Shown: positions 12,955 to 26,409 of the stretch, one piece after another | How positions within the stretch are numbered: the first letter of the stretch is position 1 | How the letters are laid out: each line of letters begins with the position of its first letter | NCBI RefSeq assembly: GCF_001194135.2 | Contig: NC_068981.1 | Span: forward strand, 66,706,189-66,770,188 | Reading direction: 5' to 3' | Length of the DNA stretch: 64,000 bases | Source of the DNA: Octopus bimaculoides | Taxonomy: Eukaryota | Program-made: the position numbers and the translations under genes | Notes under the pieces: generated by a model | The model's input: only the letters and a program-made list of their open reading frames with translations | Told to the model about the DNA's origin: nothing | Databases searched by the model: none

Positions 12955-13275
12955 TGGTGGTTGTCTACTCCTTATGCAGAGTTTGACCATCTCCTGTACC
13001 TACACCTTAGCACCATCATGGCGTCTGATGTGGCTTTTTAAACCAGACAATGTTTAAAAGACACCCACATAGATTGCCTCTCCGATTTGGACCACCAAGA
13101 GCTGCAGATAAGCTCTGCTCTTTGTGGATCTTAAAATGTCTCTTGAGGCCTCCGCTGGATTTGCAAACCTTCTGGCATACACTGCATTCAAAGGTGTGCA
13201 CAGACATATAGGCAGAATAGTTGGGGGAGGTTTTTTATCCATGTGTTCACAGATGAGATTTGCGGCTAGCAAAAG
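12955..13275 (-). mobile_element. Interspersed repeat (probable LINE 3' end) encoding tandem C2H2 zinc fingers, copy 1
   Basis: ASRKSHL*TH..FECSVCQKVCKSSGGLKRHFKIH..plus a degenerate third finger, a short UTR and an (ACC)n tail. Homologous to 41213-41420. Confidence 0.7.
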
Positions 13276-13322
13276 ACATAAAAAAAAATATATATATATG
13301 TAGCAAGTTTCTTATCACGCAA

Positions 13323-13650
13323 GCATGGCTGTGTGGTAAGAGACTTGCTTCTCAACCACATGGTCCTGGGTTAAGCTTTGTGAGTGTATTTGGTTGACAG
13401 AAACTGAAAGAAGCCCATTGCATGTATATATGTGTATATCTATGTGTGTGTATTTATGTCTGTGTTTGTCTCCCACCATTGCTTGACAACTGGTGTTGGT
13501 GTGTTTATGTCCCTGTAACTTAGTGATTTGGCAAAAGAGACCAATAGAATAAGTACCAAGCTTTAAAAAACAAGTCCTGTTGATTTGTTCAGCTAAAACT
13601 CTTCAAGATAGTGCCCCAGTATGGCCAAAGTCAAAATTGACTGAGACAAA
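13323..13650 (+). mobile_element. tRNA-derived SINE family B (head gtgtggctgtgtggtaag; CA-rich middle)
   Basis: Head, middle (gacggaaactgaaagaagcc) and tail (agaataagtac..gtgctccagcatggcc..tgactgaaac) recur across the window. Confidence 0.85.
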
Positions 13651-13652
13651 AC

Positions 13653-13695
<43 letters not shown>

Positions 13696-14121
13696 AACCT
13701 TTACAAGGAAAAGGTTGACAGTAATTTTGAAGATTTTGCTTGCTTGGCTTCTTCAGGCTGTGCTTTTTGGTTTTATTCAATCTTTAGCAAATTGCTTTTT
13801 TGGGGAGCATGGGGCTGTGGGAAGTGATAATTAGGTGTGGTCTATGTAGTTGTGTAGGAAGTGGGTAGAGGCAGGCAGAAAGAAAGCATGTGTTTGTTAG
13901 ATGTAAGTTGATAGAAGGTAATGTGAGGAGGTTTTATTTGGTTTGATGTAGGAATTTTCTTATTGTTTATAGTTCAGTTTAGCATGCATATAACTTGTTA
14001 ATAGGCATGTGAAATTCAGGTTATGACATTCCCACATGTTTTATAGCCCTGTTTGTGTAGCACATTTTGTATTGTATATTTGGTTGTAGCTGACTAAGAA
14101 CTAATAATAGTAATAATAATA

Positions 14122-14611
14122 ATCCTTTCTACTAAAGGCACAAGGCCTGAAATTTTCAGGGAGGGGATTAGTCAATTACATTGACCCCAGTGTTTCACTG
14201 GTACTTAATTTGTTGACCCTGAAAGGATGAAAGGCAAAGTCGACCTCAGCGGAATTTGAACTCAGAACATAGTAAAGGCAGATGAAATGCCGCTAAGCAT
14301 TTTGCCTGGTGTGCTGCCTTAATGATGATGATAATAATAATAATCCTTGCTGCTTTAATGATGATGATAATAATAATAATAATAATAATAATCCTTTTTA
14401 CTATAGGCACAAGGCCTGAAATTTGGGGGAGGGGCTGGGGCTAGTTGATTACATCAACCCCAGTGCTCCACTGGTATTTATTTTATCGACTCTGAAAGCA
14501 TGAAAGGCAAAGTCAACCTTGGCAGAATTTGAACTCAGAACGTAAAGATGAACTAAATACCACTAAGCATTTTGCCTGGCATGCTATCGATACTGCCAGC
14601 TCACAGCCTTC

Positions 14612-14612
<1 letters not shown>
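14122..14612 (-). mobile_element. Two tandem SINE family C copies (14122-14320 and 14393-14612)
   Basis: Both are reverse-complement copies of 58263-58470, separated and flanked by (AAT)n/(GAT)n. Partial copies lie at 12245-12360, 16830-16950, 19855-19960, 38375-38582 and 44262-44400. Confidence 0.85.
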
Positions 14613-14643
<31 letters not shown>

Positions 14644-15025
14644 TATTATTATTATTAAAAATTTACAGGAAAAGCTTGAATATGATTTGTGGTATTGATC
14701 TATATCTCTTCATGTTCTAAGTTTGAATCANNNNNNNNNNNNNNNNNNNNNNNNNNNNNNNNNNNNNNNNNNNNNNNNNNNNNNNNNNNNNNNNNNNNNN
14801 NNNNNNNNNNNNNNNNNNNNNNNNNNNNNNNNNNNNNNNNNNNNNNNNNNNNNNNNNNNNNNNNNNNNNNNNNNNNNNNNNNNNNNNNNNNNNNNNNNNN
14901 NNNNNNNNNNNNNNNNNNNNNNNNNNNNNNNNNNNNNNNNNNNNNNNNNNNNNNNNNNNNNNNNNNNNNNNNNNNNNNNNNNNNNNNNNNNNNNNNNNNN
15001 NNNNNNNNNNNNNNNNNNNNNNNNN

Positions 15026-15079
<54 letters not shown>

Positions 15080-15419
15080 ATGTACTTATCCATCCCTCCG
15101 TCCAACCATCCATCCGTCCATACATACATAAATGATGCACTATAATGACATACATGATGCATCATAAATGTTGCATTGTACATACATAGATACTGGAATG
15201 AAGCAAAATTGGAATTGAAACAAAGCTGCAACTCTAACACTCACTCCTACATCGCTACCCAGAGCTCCTCATCATCTAACAGCTACCGCCACCATCGCCA
15301 CTTCTCCCCCCNNNNNNNNNNCCCCCCAACCAAGTACCCCCCTCCCTTGTCACGACCAAACCTTCTCCAATTATGTCAACAGCTATAAACTATACAAACG
15401 CATCCACCACTAAAGTTAA

Positions 15420-16830
15420 AAGATGATGATGATGATGATGATAATAATAATAATAATAATGGTTTGTGAAATCATTGGGTAAAAAGAATCACCACCACCA
15501 CAACGACAACAACAACATAAAGTTGTAGTAAACACATTAACGAAAGCAACAAACTCAATGACAATAATAGCGACAATAATTATTATTTCTCTTAATAATA
15601 ATAATAATAATAATGATGATAATAATAATAATAATAATAATAATAATTCAGTATGAAAAATTCAAATGAAAATAAGGGTTTTCTTTCTCCTAGAAATCAA
15701 ATCTATTCTCATCAGAAATGAAATTAAATATTAAAACTATAAAGAAATGTAAAAAATGAAAACAGAAAAAAAAAAAATGTAACAAAAGAATGTAATATTA
15801 GAAAAGAAGTAGGATATAATAGTCATGATGATGATGATGATGATCGTGATGATGATGATGATAATAGGACAAGCGATGATGGTGGTGTTGGTGGTGCGGT
15901 CATGAAAATCGTAGCAGTAATTACTGTTGGTGTTGATGGTAATAGTTGTAGTGATGATGTTGGTCTTGATGATGGTGGTGGTGGTGGTTGTGGTGGTGAT
16001 AGTGGCGTTGGTATTGATAAAGATGAGTTTTATCACAGTGTAGTGTTGGTAACGATGTTGTGACGATGCTGATGATAGTAATGGTAGTGGTGATGGTGTT
16101 GGCGGTAGTACAGATACCAATGATAACACTTGTCGTGGCGGTGGTAGTGGTGGTGGTAGTGGTGGTGGTGTAGATGATGATGATGATGATGATGATAACA
16201 ATGGCACTGGTTGTAATGACAGTGATGGTGTTGGTCGTGCTATTGCTGTTGAGAGTAGTGAGAGTGGGGATGGTGGTGGTCGTGTTAATGATGATGTTTG
16301 TAGAGGTGATTGATGATGGTGGTGATGTTGGTGAGGACGATGGTGATGATGGTGGTGTTGATATTGATGATAATGATTATGATGATGATAGAATGGCATT
16401 GGCTGGTGAGGTTGGTATTGATGATACTGATGAAGAAAGTAATTGTTGTGATAGTGATGATGCTGATGGCAGCAGCAGCAGCAGCAGTAGTAGCAGTAGT
16501 AGCAGTGACATGATGGAGTAGGGGGTTACAGGTTATGAATAGCATTTAATGAGGTAATTTTTATTTCTCATACTGATTAATTACTCGTTGTTGTTGATGA
16601 CTGTTTGATAAGCTCTCCATAATGGCAGCTATGCCATATAACCTGTTCAGATTGCTGTAATTCAGAATTTGTCCTCTGCGATTTGCCATGCAGCGAACAT
16701 TCATCATCATGGTTGTTGTTGTTGTTGTTGTTGTTCTCGTCGTTGCTAGTGCTGCCATGCTTGGATTGTTGTTGGTAGTGGTGGAGATGGTAGTAATGGT
16801 GGTGATAATGATTATTGTCATTATCATTAT
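15420..16830. repeat. Mosaic trinucleotide low-complexity region (AAT, GAT, GGT, GTT, GCA, GTA)
   Basis: Direct inspection. It explains the poly-M/H/S/T/D ORFs on both strands. Confidence 0.9.
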
Positions 16831-19084
16831 TAGTATTATTTCCCATGGTGAATTGACACAGCCATTAGAGCATCTGATAGAAAAGCCTTGCCATATTTAT
16901 TCTGGTTCTTTGCGCTCTGAGTTCATACCTTGTTTCATCCATTTCGGGGTTGGAGAAGGGGTTGATAGTTAAATAAAGTATCAAACTGAAGATGGTAGAT
17001 TGGGTGGAACTGTTTTTACAGGTATTTGACAAGATTCTTTCCATTAGGTGCCTAATTTAGCTCTTTATGTTCCGAGTTCAAAATCTACCTAAGGATCTAG
17101 AACCAGAGCTAATCACCCATCCATGGGGCCACAGCTAATTATGAAAGCTGCACTGAGTGGAGGGAGGAGGAGGAGGGAAGGCTACAGTAGCAAATAGCTA
17201 CTGTAGTTGAACAATGATTATTGTTATTCATCATCATTGTCACCAATATCATCATCATCATCGTTTTAATGTCCACTTTTCTTCCATGCTTGAATGGGTT
17301 AGGTAGAACTCTTTGAGGTAAATTTTCTATAGTTGGATGTTCTTCCTGCCATCAACTCTCACCTGTTTCCAAGCAAAGTGAAATTCCTCCATGGCTGGGC
17401 TTGTTTTTATGGAAGACTGGAAATAAGAGACATTGCTTGTATATTTGTGACACTCATTTGTAACTATTGGGTGTTCTCAAGACATGGAAACTCAAACGTA
17501 CACATACATTCACATGCACACACACACACACATGTGCATGTGAACACACACACACATACATGCACATATATGATGGGCTACTTTCAGTTTCCATCAACCA
17601 AATCCATTCACAAGGCTTTGATATGTCTGGGTCTATAGTAGAAGACACTTGCCCAAGGTACCATGCAGTGGGACTGAACATGGGACCATGTTGTTGGGAA
17701 ACAAACTTTTTACCCATCTATGCCTGCACCTTGCCACAAAATGGCAGTAAGAAGGAGAAACAGTTTAACTACATCCTTTTACATATTGTGTTTAAATCCT
17801 GCCTAGTCAATTTCCCCTCTGTTCCTTCAGGAGCTGACAAAGTAAAATACAACCCAAATAAAGTCATCAGGCATTTTTATGTGTTCACGTCATCTGAAAT
17901 TGGTGACCTTGTGCATGCCAATTGTAGGAAATCATTATTACTATGAAAGTTTGTGGTTGGTAAAATTAGTAGAATGCCTGACAAGATGTTTTACTGTTTT
18001 TAGTTACATCCCCTAAACTTCTGAGTTGAAATCTCACTGGGTTGACCTTGTGAGGTGAATACAGCTATCACTCTCTCTCTCTTCCATTACTCCTTTCTCT
18101 CATTTCTGTCACTCTGTCCCCACTCCCACCATCACATTCATTCTCTCTCTTCTTTCACCTGTTTGATCATCCTTCTCTTCAGTTTCTTGTTCAGATTTGC
18201 TTTGAAAGAACAGAAACAACATAGAAAGGATTCTTTAGTCTTGCATTGGGCAAGGCAGCTCCTCTAGTGCTGTTGCCATCATAAAATATGCTTAGTACAG
18301 ATTGTAATGTAGTTGACAAAGGATCAGAGACAATGTAGGGTAGAAAGGAATTTTTAACTTTGTTATGACAAAACATATTCTCTACTGGTTGTGCCGTGAT
18401 AAAATACATCCTGTATACTATGTAAAGGGGTGGTGTTAGAACATCTAGCCATAGAAACCATATCCCATATGGAGTGCATGTGTGAGATGTAGTCCTTCGA
18501 CTTGTCTGGGGAAGGCAATCACTCTGGATATGAAACAGCTCAGATTATGATGATGCATCTGACCCATGCCAGCATGGAAAGTAGACATAAAAGGCAGTGA
18601 TGATGATGATTGCAATAGTAATGGTAAAGCCCATCTGTGTAAGTTTGTGTGTGACTTGAAAGGTTGGGTATTAAGCCAACAACTTAAACTTTTTTCGGAA
18701 AAAGAGGTAAAATTTGACTTCATGTCTCAACTGAATGGCTGAGATATGAAATGAAATTCAAGGTGTTAGCGTATCGTGCCAACCCTCACCTTGATGCAAG
18801 TTCTGATATGCAGGGTGAGGAGGGATGGGTGTTATGACTGACTTGGGCAATAAATAATATTACACTTTGAGCTAGATTGGTGTGTGAAAGAACTAACAAA
18901 AAACAAAAACAAAAACACAAAAAAAAAACAAAAAAAATCTGTGTAAAAACAAACAGTGAGAAACAAAACAGCTTTTAATACATAATGTTCTTCCGCTCAC
19001 TCACCACTTAGCTTTTCTTTCTTTATTTCTATCCTCTTGACCAGTCTTCCATGCTGTAGACTGACTACATTTCTGCATCATGAC

Positions 19085-19215
19085 TCCTCTCTCTTTTCCT
19101 TTCTCTCTCTCTCTCTTTTCCTTTCTCTCTCTCTCTTTTCCTTTCTCTCTCTCTCTCTTTTCCTTTCTCTCTCTCTCTTTTCCTTTCTCTCTCTCTCTTT
19201 TCCTTTCTCTCACTC
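19085..19215. repeat. Minisatellite of about 20 bp (tttcctttctctctctctct)n
   Basis: Direct inspection. Confidence 0.9.
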
Positions 19216-20049
19216 TCTCTCTCACTCTCTCTCTACTGCCCTGTCATCTCTCNNNNNNNNNNCTCTCTCACTCTCTCTCTACTGCCCTGTCATCTCTCTT
19301 CTTCACCCCTCTCTCTCTTTACTACCCTGTCATCTCTATTCCTCTTCCTCTTTCAATCTCTTTCTCGCCCCCTCTCTCTTTCTCTTCCAGTCCGTTAAAT
19401 AAATTTCTCCTGACTAATGTACAGTACTCTATGGAATCATTTTAAAACAAACAAAAATGGGAAAAAATGTAAAAGAATATTAAAAAAAAAAAACAAATGC
19501 AAAAATGCAAGAAAAATCATCTCCAGATGCATTAGTTTTTTAATGATCCAAATCATAATAAAAAAGTTTTTGTTTGCTTGTTAACGAGACTTTATTTGTC
19601 TCTGTTTTTTGCTTGTTTCATTAATTTATTTTTATTTTTATTTACTAAAACATATTTAAAACAAAAAAAAAAATACCCCCAAAAACAAAAAAAAATTGTT
19701 CCCCCATATTGATATCAGTTGATGGACACTGCTAGTGACACTGTTCTCTTTAAAACCTGTTGATATCCACAAATGTTAGAAAGTACTCATATACAGCATG
19801 TAGTTACAGCACAAGAGACATTTTTCAATAATTTTGCTGGTGGATTGACTGATTTTAGAGCATCAGTCAAAATGCTTTGCTCTGTCTTTACATTCTGAGT
19901 TCAAATTCTGCAAGGTCCAACTTTGCCTTTCATCCTGCCAGTGTTGATAAAATAAAATTTCAATCAAGAAACGAAAATGATACAAACATTATATAAATAT
20001 GTGTTAGAATTCCCAGAGGAGGACTGTCACCTGGACCTAATCAGAATTA

Positions 20050-21450
20050 ACCTTATTGTCAAAGATATGTGTCTGCTCTCATCTGTTTTTCTCTGACCTT
20101 TGGGCACATGCTGAGAGAAGTTCCATTTACTTGAGTCACACTTATCACTCATATTGTCCTTTCAAGAACTTACTACAAGGCACTCTTCATTCTGACTTTT
20201 TTTTCTATGTAGAACTTGGAAAAACTGATGGGAGATTCACTAAAGAAGAAAGTTTCTGTCTTCCATCCTTTCAGTCATCTTCACTATACAACATCTTTTG
20301 CCATAGTCACCAGACACAGGGAGACTACCTGTCCTTTGTGAGCAGAGGAAGGTGGCAGGATGATCTTCCTGATGGATTTGGATGATAGCCAGATCTGTTA
20401 TACATGTGCAAACAATTGATCAGCAATGGTCAGACACTGAACAAGTTTGTACGGTATGACTTTGTTTCTCTGCATCCATTCTCAGACAGGCCTATTGCAA
20501 TACTTATATAATTTATCTTGAAAAAGCAATATTCTTACCTTCTCATAACACTGTCACACCACATATTTTTGAAAGTAATCCATTGTCTCTTGGTTGAAAG
20601 TCTCCCAAAACTAACCAATCACTTGAGTTTTATCGTACACTGAGTTACCCCCAAACTGTTGTCAATTTTCTGCAATGTCAGTCCTCTACAGAATATTGAG
20701 GTGCAAGTTTCACTGGCTGATTCATCTCATAAGTAGAGATCTGTTGGTGCTTGACAACATTCATGAGCCCAGGTGCCCAAACTTGGTCTATGTTTGACTC
20801 AGGGCTGCAACTCCATCAAAGAGACTAGTTGTGACCAAATGTGCTTGAAAAAGGGCAAATTCACCTGCTTACCATCCAAGAACCTTTGTAGATGTAGCAG
20901 TCTCAATGCACATCTACTTATCTTAAACCATGGTATAACACCCTCATCATGCAGAGGTTGTTAGTAGTAGATGGATGGTCTGAACACTAGAACATTTCCC
21001 TTCCTTAGGAAGTGAAAGAGCAGACACTCCAATGTAATCAGATGGAAACTGGGGCAAGACAGAACAATCATGCCAGACACAATGACTGGGGCAAGGCACA
21101 ATGGAGTTGATTTATGCATTCATCTCTTCTGTTTGACCTTCCTAGGATAGCTTCTTTCTAGACAATTTTTGGGTGAGGTTTTAATCTCATTCTAGTTACT
21201 ATCCATTTAGAAGTCCTGTCCGAACCATATCTGAAGCAACTTAACTATAACTTGTTCATTGGGCAATGATGGTCAGTGACACAGATTTGCTTCTACAGCT
21301 GCTGATCTGGAAACCTACTGACTTGTTTATTATGCTAGTCTTGCTCTTGTCACTGTTTCATATTCTTTTAGAATGGATCCAGCCTCTTTGACTTTTTGCT
21401 GCCTGACACCATTTTGGCAATGATTACAAAAGTCACTTGGCTCTCTTGCA
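20050..21450 (-). mobile_element. Highly decayed LINE ORF2 remnant (endonuclease end and linker), probably RTE-like
   Basis: Scattered minus-strand blocks such as SDRTSKWIVTRMRLKPHPK and ISHQFFQVL, with many stops. Confidence 0.35.
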
Positions 21451-21586
21451 TCCTAGTTCCATTGTAATTGATTAAGAATTAGTATATATAGAGGAAATTA
21501 TAGAGGAGATTATAGAGGACACTCATAACATGTTGAACATGTGATTTGAAGCATTTACTCAATATGTTATGGATGTTTTTCTTGAC

Positions 21587-21899
21587 CAGGGGTTCTCAAC
21601 CATTTTCTTTTATTTATGAGCCCCTTTGATTACTTTTTCTTTATTCTGGTGGACCCCCATAGCCATTTGATGTTGAAAAATTTGTTTTAAAGAAACTTCT
21701 TTCAACATTTCTATTTTGTTATTCACACATTCCCTTGTGTTGGTTGAACTATGTAAAATGTTAGAGAAAGAAACAGATGTTTCTTGCAATACATACCAAT
21801 ACATACATCTAAAGCAAAATTTTTTCAGGGGCCCTTATAATACTATTCTGGGTCTCTTATATATTATTTGGTTGCATGGACCCTGGTTGAGAACCACTG
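21587..21899. mobile_element. hAT (Charlie-like) MITE
   Basis: TIRs caggggttctcaac / gttgagaaccactg. The 8-bp flanks are only weakly similar. Confidence 0.75.
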
Positions 21900-22077
21900 T
21901 ATGAGACAGTCATTTAGTTTGACCCCTGAAATGTACACTGAAATGATCCAGTCTTTGAAAACTGGACTGGAAGCAACTGCATTGAGGACAGCTGCCAAAT
22001 AGTGATGATTAACCCTATTGAAAAAGCTTTCAATTGATCCAAATTGAGCTGAGCTTCATAGGAGCCAGGCATCTTAC

Positions 22078-22102
22078 GGCAGACAGGGAGGAAAGGATGA
22101 TA
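22078..22102 (-). CDS. Candidate exon starting YHPFLPVC (3' boundary uncertain)
   Basis: Very long polypyrimidine tract and cag acceptor at 22103-22150. First donor is GCC|gtaaga. The frame stays open to 21914 (RKMPGSYEAQLNLDQLKAF...). Phase 0 is compatible with the 30180 exon. Confidence 0.35.
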
Positions 22103-22799
22103 CTGAGGAAAAAAGAGAGAGAGAGAAAAATAAAACAAAAAACAAAAAAAAACTCCTAAAACTCTTGGAGCAAATGGAACATAATTTGTGTTTATTTTAA
22201 CGTGTTAAGAGATACATCAACCTCTGCCTTCAAAACTTCTTTCTTAGTTTCATACCTGTATATTTCAAAGTGTGTGAGTGTCATCATATACTAATTGTAT
22301 AACATTCAACGGTTTTTCCATCTCAACACTATATTTTTTCTTTTATTTGTTCCTTATTATTGTTTGTTTAGTTTGTTTACTCTTAACCTCATCATATGTT
22401 ATCGGTTCTGTTGTTGTTGTTGTTGTATTGGTATTTTTTAGTATTTCTTGTTTTTATTATCTTCATTTGCTGCTCTTTGAGCAAAAAACTATGTGGTAGC
22501 AAATTCAATAGCGAGTTATTTTTACTAGAAATATATTTTGCATGTCTGATAAAAGAATTGTTTAATACTCACATAGCATAGGAATTAACTCTGTATCATG
22601 AATAAACTTTGTATATGAAATTTATTTATGCATAATAATTATTTTTTTCTTCTAAAAAAATATGAGTATGTGATTTCTTAACTTTGGACCTTATAACAGG
22701 TGAACTTGTACAGCCTACACCAGTAAAGTTCAAAGGTCACTTTCAAATTTGAACACTTTCATCATATTTTTTATGCAGAAATCATAATCTAACTAAATA

Positions 22800-23040
22800 C
22801 CTCCATGGCTCTGGTACTACGAATGTGTGATTAGAATGTCCCAGGAAAGAATTGCAAGACACATTCTTCAAGTTAAGCCAACTGGCAGGAGACCTAGGTG
22901 TAGACCAAGAATGTGATGGTTGTATAATGTCCATAGCCTCAGCTGATCATGCTTAGGAATCTAGCCAGAATGTTTAATGACTGTTATTTCTGATAGGACC
23001 CTTTTTAGGTATTCAAAGACTCTACCTCCATGACCCTTTC
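22800..23040 (+). mobile_element. Old RTE-like LINE C-terminal fragment
   Basis: VIRMSQERIARHILQVKPTGRRPRCRPRM*W resembles the GHVxRM..GRRPRGRPRxRW end of RTE ORF2. Confidence 0.55.
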
Positions 23041-26000
23041 AGGAATATCAAGCAGAGAAGGATAGATAAATACCTTTTTAATCATCTATTGTAATACAAA
23101 AAATATCAATGCCTGTTTTGCATTAGAACAATGTGTTCCTTAAATCTTGTGCAATTTTGTTCTGTATATTATACTAAATATAATGGTTAATTACTGTGTT
23201 ATTTTAGATATCTATTCTTTTGTACATATAGTAATTTATTCCATGGGCTTGCTGCAAACCAAGTACATGACCATATAAACACAGCTTAGAGGGAACAGTG
23301 CATGCAAGATAGTTTATTTTTAGGATTTCTTTTCCTATAGTTATGTGTGTGTCACCTTGGGTAAGTATTTCTACTATAGCCTTGGATGGATCAAAGTCTT
23401 AAATTTTGTAGATGAAAACAGAAAGAAGCCATCACACATACATACGCATGCATGCATGCATATATATTAAAGAGCATGCCACAACAGCAACTAACTCTGG
23501 GTTGGATCTATGGTTTATATTAGATGGATCTCATTCAGTTACAATACCATCAGAACTACATTTGCCCTCTTTGTTGTAGTTGTTTAGCTCTGAATCAACC
23601 TTGATCCAACAGGCTTGTGATTAGAGATTTGCAAGTTACAACAATCCTAGCTTTTATTTAGACATAGTGTATCTAAGAACACATTATTTACTATGTCTTT
23701 TTCTCATGGTGAGGTGCATGTGATTTGAAAGAGATTTGGCTGCTATTTCTTGGAGATCATATGACTGCATACAGGTTTCCTTCATGGGTTATACTCTCTT
23801 AATTAAATATACACCTCTAGATATCCCAGAATTAACACTGTAGTCATTAATCATGACTGTAATGAAGATAAATGAGCCTCAACAAGCTTGAAAATGTGAT
23901 CTTTCAGTTGTCAAATCTGGATCTTCTCTCTTGAGGTTGTGACTTGAGCAATATTTTAGATTAAGGATAAATATATATGTTCTAAAATTGAATTAACTAG
24001 CAGTACCTGTGGAAATTCCATGACCCCTTTTGTGATACAATGTTTACCATCCTGTTAATTATTTCACAAACTTTCATTTAATCTCTAAGAAACCTTGCTT
24101 ATTTTCTTCAGTCATCTCTTCTCTTCTAGCCTGTTTTCTCATTCTGGCTTGCAAAACATTCTTATCATCATTGTTCATATTTTGTCTCGTTAACAATTCT
24201 TATTCTTTCCTTATTAACTTCAGCTTAGTCATTCATTATACGACATCTATTTCTATTTCTTGTATTAATTTCATTCCTTAACACCTGAGTTAATGTTTCT
24301 TATAATCCCTAATTACTTTCTAAATCTAATTTCTTCACTTTGCACTTTCCTCAATATTTCCTTGTATTATCTCTGCTTCTCTTGATTCTTGCTGTAATGC
24401 TCAATGATCATTGTCCACCTTAACACACCAAACTCAGTTCAGAAGCACTTGATTTTAAATAATTGGTTACACCTGTATCTAGGATTTATTGTTAAACATC
24501 TTTTATGAATTGAGTTAGGAACGTAGTTATTGATATAAGAGATGGTTGGAAACACTCCATATTTATGTGCACACATACACATGCTTACACACGTGCGTGC
24601 ACACATACATACACAGCTGATTAATATCTGTGCATGTGTGTGTGTGTGTGTGTATAATGTGTGCATATATGTGTGAGTGTGTATGTGTTAGTAGTACTCA
24701 TTTAAATCTCTGTCTCTCTCTATTTGCACACCCATTTTTACCATCCCCTTTTCGCAATGTGTCAGATATTTTATGCTACAGGACTCTATCATAAGCACTT
24801 GAATATAAGTAGTGGATAGAAGTGTCTAACTTCTAGATGTGTCACATTGACTATGGCTAAGAAGCCATGTATCTCCTTGCCATTACTATATTGGTTGGGG
24901 AAGAGAGCTTGTAGCATGATTTTGGATACAAATATATATGAGTATATGGTTGTAGTGGTGGTGATAGTTGGGGGCTTAACCATCAGGGAAGTTTAACTGA
25001 TGGGCTATGGCTTATCAATGTTGGTGACAAGAGTAGAAGGTTTGTTACACCAGCAAAAGCTTTTGACACTTGAATAAATGAGAATTTATAGCATATACAC
25101 ATAATTTAATATTGTTATACACACACACATACACACACACATATGGGGGGAGGTTGGGGAGATGTGTGTATCCAGTAAAATTGTGAAAGTTATGCAATGG
25201 ATTTGTGTCTGTCATAGGTTACATTTACATAATGAATCATCTTTTCGGCATTTCATTATGCATTGTATTATTAAGAAATAAAAGTGAATATAGCCATTTT
25301 TGTGTGTTCTTAAGTAGCTAACATTGCTTTTCTATGTTGTACTTGTTTCAATTACAATACATTGTCAGATGTGGTCACTTGCCAGACAAATACAACCTTA
25401 ACATTAAGTTTGTATTTAAATTATCCAACTGGTTCTCTTAAAGGTAGTTGTTTGGCTGTGATATTAGATTTTATGTATAGTGATTATTTAGTGTATATTT
25501 TTGTATGGGTTTAAGAGGGCAACTGGTGAAATACATCAAATTAAAGATTAAAGATGTAAATGATAGAGGACAGTTTGACAGTCAGAGTTATTAAGAATTA
25601 TTCATTAGTTTGAGACATTTATAGCTGTTGCTGTATAGCCCTTGATGAGCTTTTATTACCAATGATAAATTCCTGTGGTGTAAAATATGTCACATTGTCA
25701 AAACGGGAAGGCAAAAGTGTGTGCAATAGAGAGGGAGAGAGAGAGAGAGAGAGAGAGATTCAGTTTAGTCCCAGCAGTGATCAACCATCTTTTATATCTG
25801 GGATTACATTGCATTTTATTTTTGAAAGTGCTAAGGCATAGTTTGATTTAATTTTGGCTGCTTTTTCTAGCAGATCAATAGACTGTAGAGAAGCTTCTTA
25901 AGTAGTTATTTAATCCCACATGGCCCTCAAGCAGTTTAGTAATAAATGGCAGTACAACTGTGATTGTCTCATCTATTTGTATCTCACGGTCTACATTGTG

Positions 26001-26409
26001 CAATGCATCCTTCCTTTATTTGAGATGGCTGCTATTTTAGTTGTTGTTTAGCTCCAGGTTATTCCTGATCAAACATACTTAAGATAAAAACCTTCCAGTT
26101 GTAGTGACCCTACCTCTTTCCCAGGCACAGAGTACAGTGTACTGAAAATCATACCATCTGATTTTTTCCTTTTTTTTGGTAGAGGGCTTGTATTTTTTAG
26201 TGAGATGTGATTGCTATTGGTGGTAGGTTGAGAGCTTGTGTAGAGGTCCCCTCATTAGCTCATGTCACTGAGTTAAAACAAAAAAAAAAATCAACCACAG
26301 AAAATGTCTGTGTGTCATTGTCATCATCATTTAATGTCAATTTTCCATGCTGGCATGGATTGGATGATTTGACAGGGTACAGCATCTTGCTTTAACATTG
26401 CAATGTATA

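Noticed and set aside
17467-17946. 159-aa ORF with an apparent strong acceptor at 17830
   Set aside because: Built from SINE B and SINE C fragments plus (CA)n.
21918-21998. + strand peptide LTPEMYTEMIQSLKTGLEATALRTAAK*
   Set aside because: No polypyrimidine tract, and it overlaps an antisense open frame with a much stronger acceptor.
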